Shown: positions 19,506 through 29,308, counted from the first letter of the stretch. The stretch: 64,000 nt of DNA from Nitrososphaerota archaeon (GCA_041641305.1 JBEPYN010000002.1:288001-352000), one strand, 5' to 3'. The notes: a model not told the origin generated them from the sequence alone. A program made the numbers and translations.

Positions 19506-20265
19506 CGAAGAGATGTTAAAAGTATCGAACCTCGGGCTAAGTTTCGGAGGATTCCGAGTAGTCGACAAAGTATCCTTCACCATTGAGGGATCCCAAATAT
19601 ATGCATTGATAGGGCCCAATGGTAGCGGGAAAACATCACTCTTCAACGCTATCACCGGAGTATACAAACCACAAAGCGGAAAAGTGTTTTTCAATGGAAA
19701 AGACATAACATCATTTCCTCCACACCGTGTATTCCGGGAAGGAATAGTCAGAACATTTCAATATCCAAAGGTCTTCAACAAAATGACGATAATCGATAAT
19801 TTGGTATTCGCGTCAAGAAACCAAGTTGGAGACAATCCTGCAGCAGCAGTTTTTCAAAGAAACAAAGTAAAAGAGCAGGAAAAGAACCTGAAAAAGAAAG
19901 CATATGACGTGTTGGATAAAATCGGGTTGATAAAATATGCTGAAAGCTATCCAACTGAGTTGTCGGGAGGCCAGTTAAAGCTATTAGAACTGGGCAGAGC
20001 TTTGATGGCTGATCCACAGTTGCTAATGCTTGACGAGCCGGCGGCGGGAATAAACCCAATTTTAACCACACAGCTCTTCAAAATCCTCAGGAAAGCCCGA
20101 GACGAAGAGAACCTGACAATATTCCTGATAGAGCATCGGCTCGAGATAGTAAAAGAATTCGTCGACTGGGTGTATGTCATGAGAAGCGGCAAAATCGTGT
20201 TAGAAGGCTCTCCTAACGAAGTTCTCTACGACAAAAACTTTCTAGAAATCTATACGGGTGGGTAA
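19498..20265 (+). CDS. livG: Liv-type ABC ATPase (LivG-like)
   Basis: GPNGSGKTS, LSGGQ, LDEPAAGINP. Confidence 0.92.
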   Translation: MPNEEMLKVSNLGLSFGGFRVVDKVSFTIEGSQIYALIGPNGSGKTSLFNAITGVYKPQSGKVFFNGKDITSFPPHRVFREGIVRTFQYPKVFNKMTIIDNLVFASRNQVGDNPAAAVFQRNKVKEQEKNLKKKAYDVLDKIGLIKYAESYPTELSGGQLKLLELGRALMADPQLLMLDEPAAGINPILTTQLFKILRKARDEENLTIFLIEHRLEIVKEFVDWVYVMRSGKIVLEGSPNEVLYDKNFLEIYTGG

Positions 20266-20977
20266 TTTGCCGCATATACTCGAAATTCGTGGCTTGAAAT
20301 CAGGATATGGCCGGATAGAAATCATACATGATGTGAGCTTGGACGTCGAGAGAGGCGCTGTACTCGCAGTGCTGGGTGTAAATGGAAGCGGAAAATCCAC
20401 TCTCCTAAAAAGCATCATGGGAATCACCAACATTTTCGACGGCTCCGTAAAACTTGATGGAGAAGAGCTTGTGGGTAAAAAAGTTGAGGAAATCGCGAGA
20501 AAGAAGATCGGATACGTTCCTCAAACCGACAACATTTTCCCCAATCTAACAGTGAGAGAAAATCTGGAACTGGGTGCGTTTGTCGGAGAGAAAAACGTTC
20601 TCCGGATAGATGAGGTTTACAGAATTTTCCCCGAACTTGCATCCTTATCAACCAAGAAAGCCGCGTTACTGAGCGGCGGCGAGCGGCAAATGCTCGCAAT
20701 AGGGCGAGCCATGATAGGTCAGCCGAAAATCCTGTTGCTCGATGAACCAACAGCAAACTTGGCTCCCGCCATCACTGAAAAACTCCGAAAAAGAATCAGA
20801 GAAATAACCGACTCTGGCACAACCATTGTAATCGTGGAGCAAAACGTCAACATAGCCGTGTCAATCGCCGACTATGTAACAGTCCTTGTATCAGGCCAGA
20901 AATCATTCTACGGCACGCCAGACGAGCTGTCCGCCATAAATCTACAAGAAGTGTTACTTGGGCTAAATAGGAAATAA
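20258..20977 (+). CDS. livF: Liv-type ABC ATPase (LivF-like)
   Basis: GVNGSGKST, LSGGERQM, LDEP. Confidence 0.92.
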   Translation: MGNLPHILEIRGLKSGYGRIEIIHDVSLDVERGAVLAVLGVNGSGKSTLLKSIMGITNIFDGSVKLDGEELVGKKVEEIARKKIGYVPQTDNIFPNLTVRENLELGAFVGEKNVLRIDEVYRIFPELASLSTKKAALLSGGERQMLAIGRAMIGQPKILLLDEPTANLAPAITEKLRKRIREITDSGTTIVIVEQNVNIAVSIADYVTVLVSGQKSFYGTPDELSAINLQEVLLGLNRK

Positions 20978-21008
20978 ATTTAAATAAGACTTCCCGATTT
21001 AACCGTTC

Positions 21009-22346
21009 GTGTACAGTGGGAAAATAGCCTTATCAAGCACAATTGCGGCTGTTATGGCTGTTGCGCTTTTGGTTGTCGGCGTAGTCGGCGGCTATTTTGT
21101 CGGTATATCGAGCTCAGCCCAGAACGTGGTCACCCGCACAGAATACGTAACCGTCGGGGGCACTGTTACCGAGAGAATAACCATAACTATAACATCTACC
21201 GCCAGCCCCAGCCCAGCCTCCGCTCCGCCGCTGAAAATTGGTATGACAATATCGAAGGATGGGCTTTTTGCACCCCTAACCTCGGGATACGAGGCCTTCA
21301 ACCGCGAATGGTTGAACTGGGTAAACAACGTACGAAAAGGTGTCTACCTCAGGGAGCTCGGTGTTAGAGTTCCTGTCGAGATCATCATGTACGATGACCG
21401 GAGTCAGCCCGACTTAGCTATACAGCTGTACACGAAATTGGCGACCGAGGATAACGTGCATATTCTGGTCAGCCCATACAGCGCAGACATAGGAATTCAG
21501 TTGATTCCTACCGTGGCTGAGAGGTACAGAGTGCCCATGATAATGGCGGAAGCTAGTACCAAAGATATGTGGAACAAAGGATACAGATACGTGGTTACGT
21601 CGATGGTTCCGTACTGGGAGCCGAACCAAAACGGCTGGAGTGCATCCTATTTCGAACTCATAAAGCAAACCGGCTGGGCTAGGACAATCGCTTTTGTCGG
21701 CTGGGACATCACTTGGGCCATTGACACCTACAACAGCGGTAAGGAGCTGGCGAGACAGGCGGGTCTAGAGATAGTGTACGATCAACTACTGACACCCGGC
21801 ACCACAGATTTCTCAGGCGTCATAAGGGAGCTGAAATCCATCCAGCCAGATATCGTCTATCTCGCGATGTTCGGCCCAGTTAACGCACTTTTCATACGTC
21901 AAGCAAATGAAGCGGGATTCAAGCCGAAAGAGTTTCACGTCATCGAATACGGAGCCGGTTTCGTGAACAGCCTCGGTCCACTAGCAGAGGGGGTGACCAG
22001 CGAAATATTCTGGACGCCATCCTTCAAGTTTTACCAGTCAGATCTGTTGAACGAGCTGATGACAAAGGCAGGACTCAACTGGGTGGATTGGCAATGGACC
22101 GAGCTAAGAATGATCATATTCCAGATGATAGTAGCGGCTGTGGAGGAAGCGGGTAAACTAGACAGAGAAGCCATAAACAATGCCCTGCACAGGCTACAGA
22201 TAATGACCGTGAGCGGGCCCCTGATAATAGGTCCACAGGGATACGGAAACATAGGCTTGGTCGCAATCCAGATACAAAACGGCAGAATACAGACAGTGTG
22301 GCCAAGTGAACTAGCCAACGCAACATACGTATATCCAAGAAGCTAA
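21009..22346 (+). CDS. Liv-type ABC substrate-binding protein 3
   Basis: TM anchor plus Thr-rich linker, LKIGMTIS, YDDRSQP, IQIQNG...VWP terminus. Confidence 0.88.
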   Translation: MYSGKIALSSTIAAVMAVALLVVGVVGGYFVGISSSAQNVVTRTEYVTVGGTVTERITITITSTASPSPASAPPLKIGMTISKDGLFAPLTSGYEAFNREWLNWVNNVRKGVYLRELGVRVPVEIIMYDDRSQPDLAIQLYTKLATEDNVHILVSPYSADIGIQLIPTVAERYRVPMIMAEASTKDMWNKGYRYVVTSMVPYWEPNQNGWSASYFELIKQTGWARTIAFVGWDITWAIDTYNSGKELARQAGLEIVYDQLLTPGTTDFSGVIRELKSIQPDIVYLAMFGPVNALFIRQANEAGFKPKEFHVIEYGAGFVNSLGPLAEGVTSEIFWTPSFKFYQSDLLNELMTKAGLNWVDWQWTELRMIIFQMIVAAVEEAGKLDREAINNALHRLQIMTVSGPLIIGPQGYGNIGLVAIQIQNGRIQTVWPSELANATYVYPRS

Positions 22347-22348
22347 AC

Positions 22349-23233
22349 ATGGTAGCTCCCACTTTTTTTATCGAATCCCTAGTTGACGGCATAGTTCTCG
22401 GAGGAATCTACGCTGTAATAGCGCTCGGTCTCTCGATGATGTATGGAGTGGCAGGAGTTTTAAACATAGCACATGGAGACCTAGTCATGCTAGCTGGTTT
22501 ACTGGCCTTCAGCCTAACAACTTTCTTCGATCAACCAGTCACCGGGTTCGTTTTAGCACCAGCATTAATTATACCGCTCTTTTTTCTCATAGGTCTAGGG
22601 CTTTTCAGCGGCCTGCTGAGGCCTATTTCAACAAGAGCTCCGCAAAATCTGCTTCTAAGCTCAATCCTCATAACACTCGGCATATCATTTATTATGCAGG
22701 ACTTGGCGGCGACGTTTCTAGGAACCCTGCCAAGAAGCATTTACATGGGTTTTCAGCCACTTAAAATAGGCGACATCTCTATTCCATTCTTTAGAGTAGT
22801 CACTTTCGGATTGGTCCTGACTATAACTATTGTTTTCTGGATTTTCTTGAGACAAACTTTCCTAGGAAGAGCCATGCGGGCGGTTACTTATAATAGAGAG
22901 GCATCTGCATTTCTAGGTGTCCCTATTGACCGTGTTGGGGCGATATCCTTCGGGTTAGGAACAATACTTGCGGCGTTAGGTGGATTAATTTACATGGGCA
23001 ATGGTTTCCCTATGACACCTTTCATCGGCTTGTCACTAACTGTAAAGGCATTGACGGTTATCGTAGTCGGTGGTGCTGGTAAACTCGGCGGCGCACTCGT
23101 CGGCGGCCTAGTCCTAGGAATAGCGGAAACATTGACCGGCGTCTTCATCTCCTTTTATTGGTCACCTGCACTAGCCATAATCCTACTGCTCACAATTCTG
23201 ATGATAAAGCCAACGGGGATAATGGGAGATTGA
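22349..23233 (+). CDS. livH: Liv-type ABC permease (LivH-like)
   Basis: GGIYAVIALGL, NIAHG, GRAMRA. Confidence 0.88.
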   Translation: MVAPTFFIESLVDGIVLGGIYAVIALGLSMMYGVAGVLNIAHGDLVMLAGLLAFSLTTFFDQPVTGFVLAPALIIPLFFLIGLGLFSGLLRPISTRAPQNLLLSSILITLGISFIMQDLAATFLGTLPRSIYMGFQPLKIGDISIPFFRVVTFGLVLTITIVFWIFLRQTFLGRAMRAVTYNREASAFLGVPIDRVGAISFGLGTILAALGGLIYMGNGFPMTPFIGLSLTVKALTVIVVGGAGKLGGALVGGLVLGIAETLTGVFISFYWSPALAIILLLTILMIKPTGIMGD

Positions 23234-24225
23234 GGAAGTTTTTCTCACGATCAATAACTCTATGGATTGTCTTACTAGTCGTCGCATTTACACTAGGATT
23301 TTTCGCTGCACCCTACTACACAAGTCTTTTGATTTTTCTGTTCATTTACGCAGCCTTGGCTCTGAGCTACGACATCTTAGGAGGTTTCCTAGGCTATATG
23401 AACTTAGGACACATAATTTTCTATGGTTTAGGAGCATATGTATTCGCAATAACACTCAACAACTTATCACTGATGTTGGGAAGCGACCTGCTTCTCCTAA
23501 GCATGTTTACAGCAATCATAGCCTCTGTGGCAGTCGGTGCAGGAGTAGCAGCTTTGCTTAGCTATCCTTTATTTAGAGTCAAGGGTTTCTACTTTGCTGT
23601 TGCCACGCTCGGATTAATCAGCCTCGTTAACATCGTCATAAGTTCTCCCGAAATGAGTCTGATCTCGGGCGGATTTTCCGGAATAAATCTGGTAAGTGAT
23701 GTGGCTCGAGAGAGCAATTCACAAAACGCGTACCTCTTAGCGATGACAACCCTCGTATTGACAGGTTTAGTACATGTATCAATCAACAGAAGTTCATTCA
23801 GGAATATTTTTAGCTGTGTAAAAGAGGATGAACAAGCATCCGAATGTTCGGGCATAAACCCTTTCCGCTATAAACAGGTTGCTTTCATAATAAGCGCGGC
23901 GCTCGCATCGCTTGCCGGTACAGCCTATATGTGGTTCCAGACCTATACTAATCCGCGTCTCGCTTTCGCCATAGAGCTTGCCTTTCTCCCCATAATAATC
24001 GCTCTATTAGGAGGCTCGGGAACTCTTGTTGGCCCTTTGATAGGCTCAATAATTTTTACCGTAGTATATCAACTGCTTTTGGTTAACCTGCCCTCGTTGA
24101 CCAAGCTGATTATAGGCTTGGTGTTGATCGCGGTCGGTGTAGGAGCCTCCTCAGGAGTCGTTGGGCTAATCAGAAGCGTTGCTAGGCTCCGACGTAAAAC
24201 CTACGAAGCTTCTCCATCTTACTGA
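23230..24225 (+). CDS. livM: Liv-type ABC permease (LivM-like)
   Basis: YDILGGFLGYMNLGH, GFYFAVAT, KEDE. The TTG start overlaps the upstream stop. Confidence 0.85.
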   Translation: MRKFFSRSITLWIVLLVVAFTLGFFAAPYYTSLLIFLFIYAALALSYDILGGFLGYMNLGHIIFYGLGAYVFAITLNNLSLMLGSDLLLLSMFTAIIASVAVGAGVAALLSYPLFRVKGFYFAVATLGLISLVNIVISSPEMSLISGGFSGINLVSDVARESNSQNAYLLAMTTLVLTGLVHVSINRSSFRNIFSCVKEDEQASECSGINPFRYKQVAFIISAALASLAGTAYMWFQTYTNPRLAFAIELAFLPIIIALLGGSGTLVGPLIGSIIFTVVYQLLLVNLPSLTKLIIGLVLIAVGVGASSGVVGLIRSVARLRRKTYEASPSY

Positions 24226-24898
24226 ACTCGTTGGAGGGGCCCTCAGCTCTAATACGGCCACTCTCCAGCAAATACACGTATTTGGATAGCTTAAGAGCTC
24301 TACTAACATCCTGCTCCACCAATACGATGCTCAAGTCAGTAGTTGACAATAGTTTTTCCAGAGAAGTAAAGAGATTTTTCACCGCAATAGGAGACAACCC
24401 TGTAGACGGCTCATCCAGAAGTAAAACCCTAGGTTTAGCCATCAACGCCCGAGCAATAACCAGCATCTGTTTCTCGCCACCGCTGAGTGTTTGAGCCATC
24501 TGGTTTCGCCTTTCATAGAGAACCGGAAACAATTCATACACAAATTTCAGCATCTCATCAAGACGATCACGGTTTAGAAATGCACCTAAAACGAGATTAT
24601 CATAAACAGTCATTTTGCCGAAAACACCGCTCCCATCTGGAACATAGACAATACCTTGTCTGACCCGCTCATGTGCAGGAAGCCCGTTTATTTTCTCTCC
24701 CAAGTAGTTTATCTCCCCAGTCAACGGTTTCACGGTGCCCGCTATAGTTTTAAGCAGAGTTGTTTTGCCAGCACCGTTTGGACCAATTATTCCCACTACA
24801 TTGTTTTCACCTAGGCTGATACTGATGTCCCAAAGCACTTGCAGCCGACCATAAGCTACGTTCAAATGTCTAACTTCCAGCAGATTCAATCTGTTCAC
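24182..24898 (-). CDS. livF: Liv-type ABC ATPase (LivF-like), convergent on its permeases
   Basis: GPNGAGKTT, LSGGEKQM, LDEPSTGL. Confidence 0.9.
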   Translation of the reverse strand: MNRLNLLEVRHLNVAYGRLQVLWDISISLGENNVVGIIGPNGAGKTTLLKTIAGTVKPLTGEINYLGEKINGLPAHERVRQGIVYVPDGSGVFGKMTVYDNLVLGAFLNRDRLDEMLKFVYELFPVLYERRNQMAQTLSGGEKQMLVIARALMAKPRVLLLDEPSTGLSPIAVKNLFTSLEKLLSTTDLSIVLVEQDVSRALKLSKYVYLLESGRIRAEGPSNEFSKMEKLRRFYVGA

Positions 24899-25589
24899 CC
24901 AAATATACCCTTAAAACCTCTTGATTTGACACTATTTCCGATGGACTGCCTTCGGCTAATTTTGCGCCGAGATGTATGACTAACATTTTGTTAGCCAGCT
25001 TAACCAACGCCGTCACTACGTGTTCAACGATGACGAAAGTCAACCCGTTTTTGTTGAGATTTTTTATGACTTCAATAAACTCGTAAATCTCCTGTTCAAC
25101 AAGGCCTGCAAACGGTTCATCTAAAAAAACAAGGTAAGTTTTTCCAACAATAGCCTTCGCCAGCTCCACTTTTTTACGAATAAAAAGGTTGCACTCTGCG
25201 GCTTTCATGTTGGAGTGTCTCTGTAGATCAAGCAGCTTCAACGCCTCGGATACTGTGGATTCGTTTTCACCACGCATCTTGGCTGCGACGGCAACATTCT
25301 CTTTAACAGTCAGGCTTAAAAATGGTCTTACGCTCTGGAAAGTGCGGCCAATCCCGAGCCTAAATCTCTCATATGCCCTCATGTTTGTAATGTCTGTCTC
25401 TCTGAAGAAAACCCGGCCGTTGTCTACAGGAATAATTCCGGTTAAAACATTGATTAGAGTTGTTTTTCCGGCTCCGTTTGGACCGATAATGCCTAAGATC
25501 TGCCCATCCTCAACCTTTAGGCTTATGTCGTTTAAAACAGTCAACCGGTCAAACCTCTTAGAAAGCTTCTCCGCCTCTAAAAGCACCAT
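24870..25589 (-). CDS. livG: Liv-type ABC ATPase (LivG-like)
   Basis: GPNGAGKTT, GIGRTFQ, LDEPFAGL, VEH. Confidence 0.9.
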   Translation of the reverse strand: MVLLEAEKLSKRFDRLTVLNDISLKVEDGQILGIIGPNGAGKTTLINVLTGIIPVDNGRVFFRETDITNMRAYERFRLGIGRTFQSVRPFLSLTVKENVAVAAKMRGENESTVSEALKLLDLQRHSNMKAAECNLFIRKKVELAKAIVGKTYLVFLDEPFAGLVEQEIYEFIEVIKNLNKNGLTFVIVEHVVTALVKLANKMLVIHLGAKLAEGSPSEIVSNQEVLRVYLGEQIESAGS

Positions 25590-25693
25590 TTTTCAGCCTT
25601 CTCGTTTAACACCAGATAGTCTATTTAAGCTTAGTCATCTACGTGGAGTCCACTGTGAATAGCTTTAATTGAACGGATGAAGAGGTCTTGCAT

Positions 25694-25807
25694 GCGGGGG
25701 TTGCCAAGCCTGGTCAAATTACCCAGCCACAGCTGGGTAAAGCCAGCGGCGCAGGGCTTAGGACCCTGTCCCGAAGGGGTTCGTGGGTTCAAATCCCACC
25801 CCCCGCA
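25694..25807 (+). tRNA. tRNA-Leu(TAG) with approx. 29-nt D-loop intron (about 25718-25746)
   Basis: Acceptor GCGGGGG/CCCCCGC-A; anticodon arm CAGGG-CTTAGGA-CCCTG; long variable arm; GTGGG-TTCAAAT-CCCAC. The intron hairpin TTACCCAGC-caca-GCTGGGTAA sits in a relaxed bulge-helix-bulge. Confidence 0.93.
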
Positions 25808-26125
25808 CACATATGTTTGCGCTACACGGGGTAGATGAGCTGAGTTGTTAATGGCGTAAACGATTTCCTTTAGGGGTTTAGATTTGAGATGACTCGTGGC
25901 AGTTGCTTGAAGACCATGAGTCCCTTTTCCGGTTCCAACTCAATAACAGCTCTTGAAATATTTTCACCCCTACTAGAGGTAATGAACAGGATGGCGGCCA
26001 ACAAAAGTCGCGTGGTCATACAGCCTGTATTTTTTAGGGTCAATGGTCATGTAAAAAGGATTTCCGAAGGACCGTCCAACATGCTTGTCCCAAACCTTTA
26101 ACTAAAAGCTTCACATACATACCTC

Positions 26126-26476
26126 ATGACAACGAGTATTGCTGTAACTTTCCGCGCAAAGAAAGGTAGGGAGAAGGAGTTCAACACTTTTCTCAACAAT
26201 CCCGAGAACGGTAGGTTGATGGCCAAGCTTTTGGGCGCTAATAGAAACACGCTCTTTCTAGGCGATGGTGTGATGGTGAGGGTTATTGAGTATCCCGCAG
26301 GGTCTAACCTCAAGTCATTGGATAAGCTTGCTCAGGAAAACCCAGAGATAGCCGCCCTTCTCAGAAAATTTGGGCCAATAATAGAGAATGGGTTTGACAT
26401 TGATGTACCTGGCAGCTTGGAAAGCTTTGAGAAGCGGATAACGCTCTCCCTAGCCTACGATGTAACCGTTGACTGA
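26126..26476 (+). CDS. SchA/CurD-like dimeric alpha-beta barrel protein
   Basis: IAVTFRAKKGREKEF...RNTLFLGDGVMVRVIEY resembles the SchA/CurD/ABM-type fold. A TATA-like TTTAA lies about 25 nt upstream. Confidence 0.55.
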   Translation: MTTSIAVTFRAKKGREKEFNTFLNNPENGRLMAKLLGANRNTLFLGDGVMVRVIEYPAGSNLKSLDKLAQENPEIAALLRKFGPIIENGFDIDVPGSLESFEKRITLSLAYDVTVD

Positions 26477-26526
26477 AGCAGGTGCCGTAGTGAAAATTTT
26501 TTCCACGAACTTCGGTAGTTTTTGGT

Positions 26527-26610
26527 GACGGTGTACCCTAACCAGGTAGAGGACTCGCCTACTAAACCAGCTACTCCAGAAGAGCCTCACGGGCTCAAAT
26601 CCACCCCACA
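26527..26610 (+). pseudogene. Degenerate tRNA-Ser-like copy
   Basis: TACCCTAACCAGGTAGAGG (D-arm-like), CCTACTAA (anticodon loop, probably GCT mutated to ACT), variable hairpin CTC-CAGAA-GAG, CGGGCTCAAATCC (T-arm-like). The stems are broken. Confidence 0.5.
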
Positions 26611-26616
26611 TGATAC

Positions 26617-27249
26617 ATGAAACTTGTCAGATGCGAGCCGGGTGTCTTGGTCGCCTTGGAGGAGCATCCTGTCCAGGTGAGGGTTTCGATGTCGCAGTTT
26701 GGGTGGAATGTTAGCGAGTTTGAAGGTGTTGGCAAGTTTGCTGTCGTCGACGCCTTCACATCGGGGATCGGCGAGGCCGCAAAGAGGGAGAAGTATGTTG
26801 TCAGGGAGCCTGACGATTTTCAGGCGTTGGTGGATGTTTTGAGGGAGGCTCTTAGAGAGACTGGAGCAGAGCGATGCGTAATAGACTCTGTCACAACTCT
26901 TTACATTACTAGGCCAGCCGCAGCGAGGGGAGTTGTACTGCAGCTGAAGAAAGTTCTCTCCGGCATGGGCGTCACCTCACTGTTGATATCGCAGGTTAGC
27001 GTCACAGAGCGTGGCTTTGGGGGGCCTGGTGTGGAGCATGCGGCGGATGGGATAGTCAGGCTGGATCTTGACGAGGTCGACGGAGAGCTTAGAAGAAGTA
27101 TAATAGTCTGGAAAATGGGGGGAACTGCGCACTCGATGTCGAGACACCCCGTTGAGATAACGGATAAGGGGATGATTGTGCACAGCGGGAGGAAATTCAC
27201 CGTGTCCAGGAAGGCTGCCGAGATGGAGGCCAGAGGTGATGCCGAGTGA
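26617..27249 (+). pseudogene. KaiC-like RecA-superfamily ATPase (PH0284-like), N-terminally truncated
   Basis: [23 protein letters not shown] and [11 protein letters not shown] are typical. The roughly 45 N-terminal aa with Walker A are absent, and WKMRGT has become WKMGGT. Confidence 0.8.
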
Positions 27250-27785
27250 GCGAGATCCCACTCACTCCAATCGAGAGGGAGGGGATACATAGGCTCGAGT
27301 CGGCGTTAATGATAGCCACGCTCTTCAGCGAGGAGGCAATAGCAGACCTCAAAAACCCTGAGGAGAGGTTGACGTGGGTGGACAGCCTAGCCGTGGCCGC
27401 GGCCGCACTCGCCAGAGAGAAAGCCAAAATGTCCGTCTCACAAATAGCAGATGAGCTGGGGAGGTCTGAGGCCTCGATAAGGGCTCACCTAGCCGGAAAA
27501 ACAAAGGCGGGCAAACTCGTCAAAGAAACCTATGAACGCTTCATCCGGGAAGGTGTCAAGATAAAACTGCCGGAACTATTCCTGACCATGCAGGAAACAC
27601 TGACAGATAAAAGGTCTGAGGAGCTTGAGACTTTGAAGAAGAGGGTTGAGGAGTTGGAGGCGAGGGCCTCGAAACTATCATCTGTGCTGGAGAGACAAAA
27701 GGCGGCACGGGAGAAGACGATATCTCTTCTCGACGAACTCGACAAAATAATCAAAGAATTAAGAGCAACTATCTCGGGCATGTAA
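27246..27785 (+). CDS. HTH regulator with C-terminal coiled coil, partner of KaiC-like ATPase (COG1318-like)
   Basis: [43 protein letters not shown]. Confidence 0.8.
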   Translation: MSEIPLTPIEREGIHRLESALMIATLFSEEAIADLKNPEERLTWVDSLAVAAAALAREKAKMSVSQIADELGRSEASIRAHLAGKTKAGKLVKETYERFIREGVKIKLPELFLTMQETLTDKRSEELETLKKRVEELEARASKLSSVLERQKAAREKTISLLDELDKIIKELRATISGM

Positions 27786-28190
27786 GCCAATCAATCTCAT
27801 CCCCATGGCAACGCTACGTTCATGCCAGCAGGACTAGATTCAGCCTAACTATGCTGAGTTTAAGGACTCAGCTCTCCCGCAATGGCTGGCTCAAGTAACT
27901 AGGCAGTTGAACCATATGCTAGAATAGGCATGAAGAGACGGCTCCCCCGAGCACACGGTCGCCGGCTGAGGTGGGCCATGAATACATCCTTATCAAACGT
28001 CCTATAATAAGGACCATGAGATCTTTTTCCTTGAAGATATCAGCAATCAAAACATCTTTCTTCTATGCACTGCATAAACCCAAGGCACGGACATGCAGCA
28101 AGAGAAGAGGACATAGAGTCAAAGGGAATTAGGCGACAAGGCAGTTAGGGAGTGAACATTTATAATTTGGTTTCTAAAGTTGAAGGACAG

Positions 28191-28835
28191 ATGGTTGTTA
28201 AGATGTTACTTTTTTTGCTTGAAAACTGTTTAATCGATGTCAACGTAGATTATTCTGAAGTATGGTCCCATGTTCCTGAACTGGCAGGAAATGATAAGAC
28301 AAATGTTTTCGCACAATTAAGGTTGCTTAGACGTCGGTTGTCAAAAAAGAGATATTGTCAACTAGTGGAGAGAGTTTCTGAAGTGGTCGCCAATGTTGAA
28401 AAGGTGGCCGCGACACGTTCCAGATTGAATTTCGACCCATTCAGAACATTGTCAGAAGTTAGGAAGAGAGGCGTCATGGTTTACGCATTCAGCATGTTTG
28501 GGGAAGACACTGTCAGGGAACTTCTTGAGAAACATGGATTGACAGGAATTTTTGAGGGGTTTGTTTCAAGAGTGCGTGTTGACCAGCCTATCGGCTTTTT
28601 ATTTCCGTTGAGGTTGGCAAAACGACAGATCAAGGATAAACAGGGCGACATTCTTTTTGTTTGCGGCGACTCAACCACCATACGTTCCGTGAAGGAAGCT
28701 AATGTCCCTGGCATCAAGATAGCTGCGTTGCCTTTAAAACCCGCTGAGGTGAGAAACATAATCATGGCCAGGCCTGATTACTTCCTAACCAATCTTTCTG
28801 AGATAGTTGACATTTTTGACTTAGGGCTTGCCTAA
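28191..28835 (+). CDS. HAD-fold protein lacking catalytic Asp residues
   Basis: Motif I reads LLFLLENCLID instead of hhFDxDGTL; ILFVCGDS and C-terminal ARPDYFLTNLSEI are HAD-like. TTTATAA lies about 25 nt upstream of ATG 28191. Confidence 0.6.
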   Translation: MVVKMLLFLLENCLIDVNVDYSEVWSHVPELAGNDKTNVFAQLRLLRRRLSKKRYCQLVERVSEVVANVEKVAATRSRLNFDPFRTLSEVRKRGVMVYAFSMFGEDTVRELLEKHGLTGIFEGFVSRVRVDQPIGFLFPLRLAKRQIKDKQGDILFVCGDSTTIRSVKEANVPGIKIAALPLKPAEVRNIIMARPDYFLTNLSEIVDIFDLGLA

Positions 28836-29308
28836 TAAAATTTTCTCCCTATTAGCCCTATTGCGACGCCATAGACAACATACGCTATGCCGTAAACTGT
28901 TACAATCTTAGCTGCTTCAAGAACAGGCATGTTTATCAAACTTAAGCCATATCCTGGGATTTCTGTATTTGTCAAATATATTGCAAAAACTATTAGCTGA
29001 ACACCGGCTATTCCAAGTCCTTTCGTTACGCTATATGTTTGGAAGATAAATGCGTAGAGAACGCCCCACAATGCCCCTATTATGAAATACGTGGTTAGGC
29101 CTATGAGCCCCAACTCGTAAGATGGGCCTGCGATTCCAAGTGTCTCAGGTATCATGGTAAACAATCTTGGGTTTTCAAACCCGAGTCCAGCAGCTAAGAT
29201 CATCACGACACTCATAGAGATTGATGCAACTACTCCGCCGACAATTCCCAGTTCGATCTTTTTCGAAAACGGTATTGATTTTTCAGCTTTCGCTATTTCT
29301 AAAGTCAT
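28832..29308 (-). CDS. Four-TM membrane protein, co-transcribed with cytochrome b
   Basis: Four hydrophobic segments; ATGA overlap with the cytochrome b stop. Confidence 0.75.
   Translation of the reverse strand: MTLEIAKAEKSIPFSKKIELGIVGGVVASISMSVVMILAAGLGFENPRLFTMIPETLGIAGPSYELGLIGLTTYFIIGALWGVLYAFIFQTYSVTKGLGIAGVQLIVFAIYLTNTEIPGYGLSLINMPVLEAAKIVTVYGIAYVVYGVAIGLIGRKFY

Noticed and set aside
16321-20999. Shared 10-mer CTTCCCGATT near two promoters (16321 and about 20990)
   Set aside because: A single non-palindromic 10-nt match in inconsistent orientation relative to the genes is plausible by chance.
27790-28150. Possible ncRNA or gene remnant (hairpin GCTGAGT/ACTCAGC at 27853-27872, GC-rich patch near 27935-27970)
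   Set aside because: Only one short stem and no recognisable RNA family or sustained reading frame.
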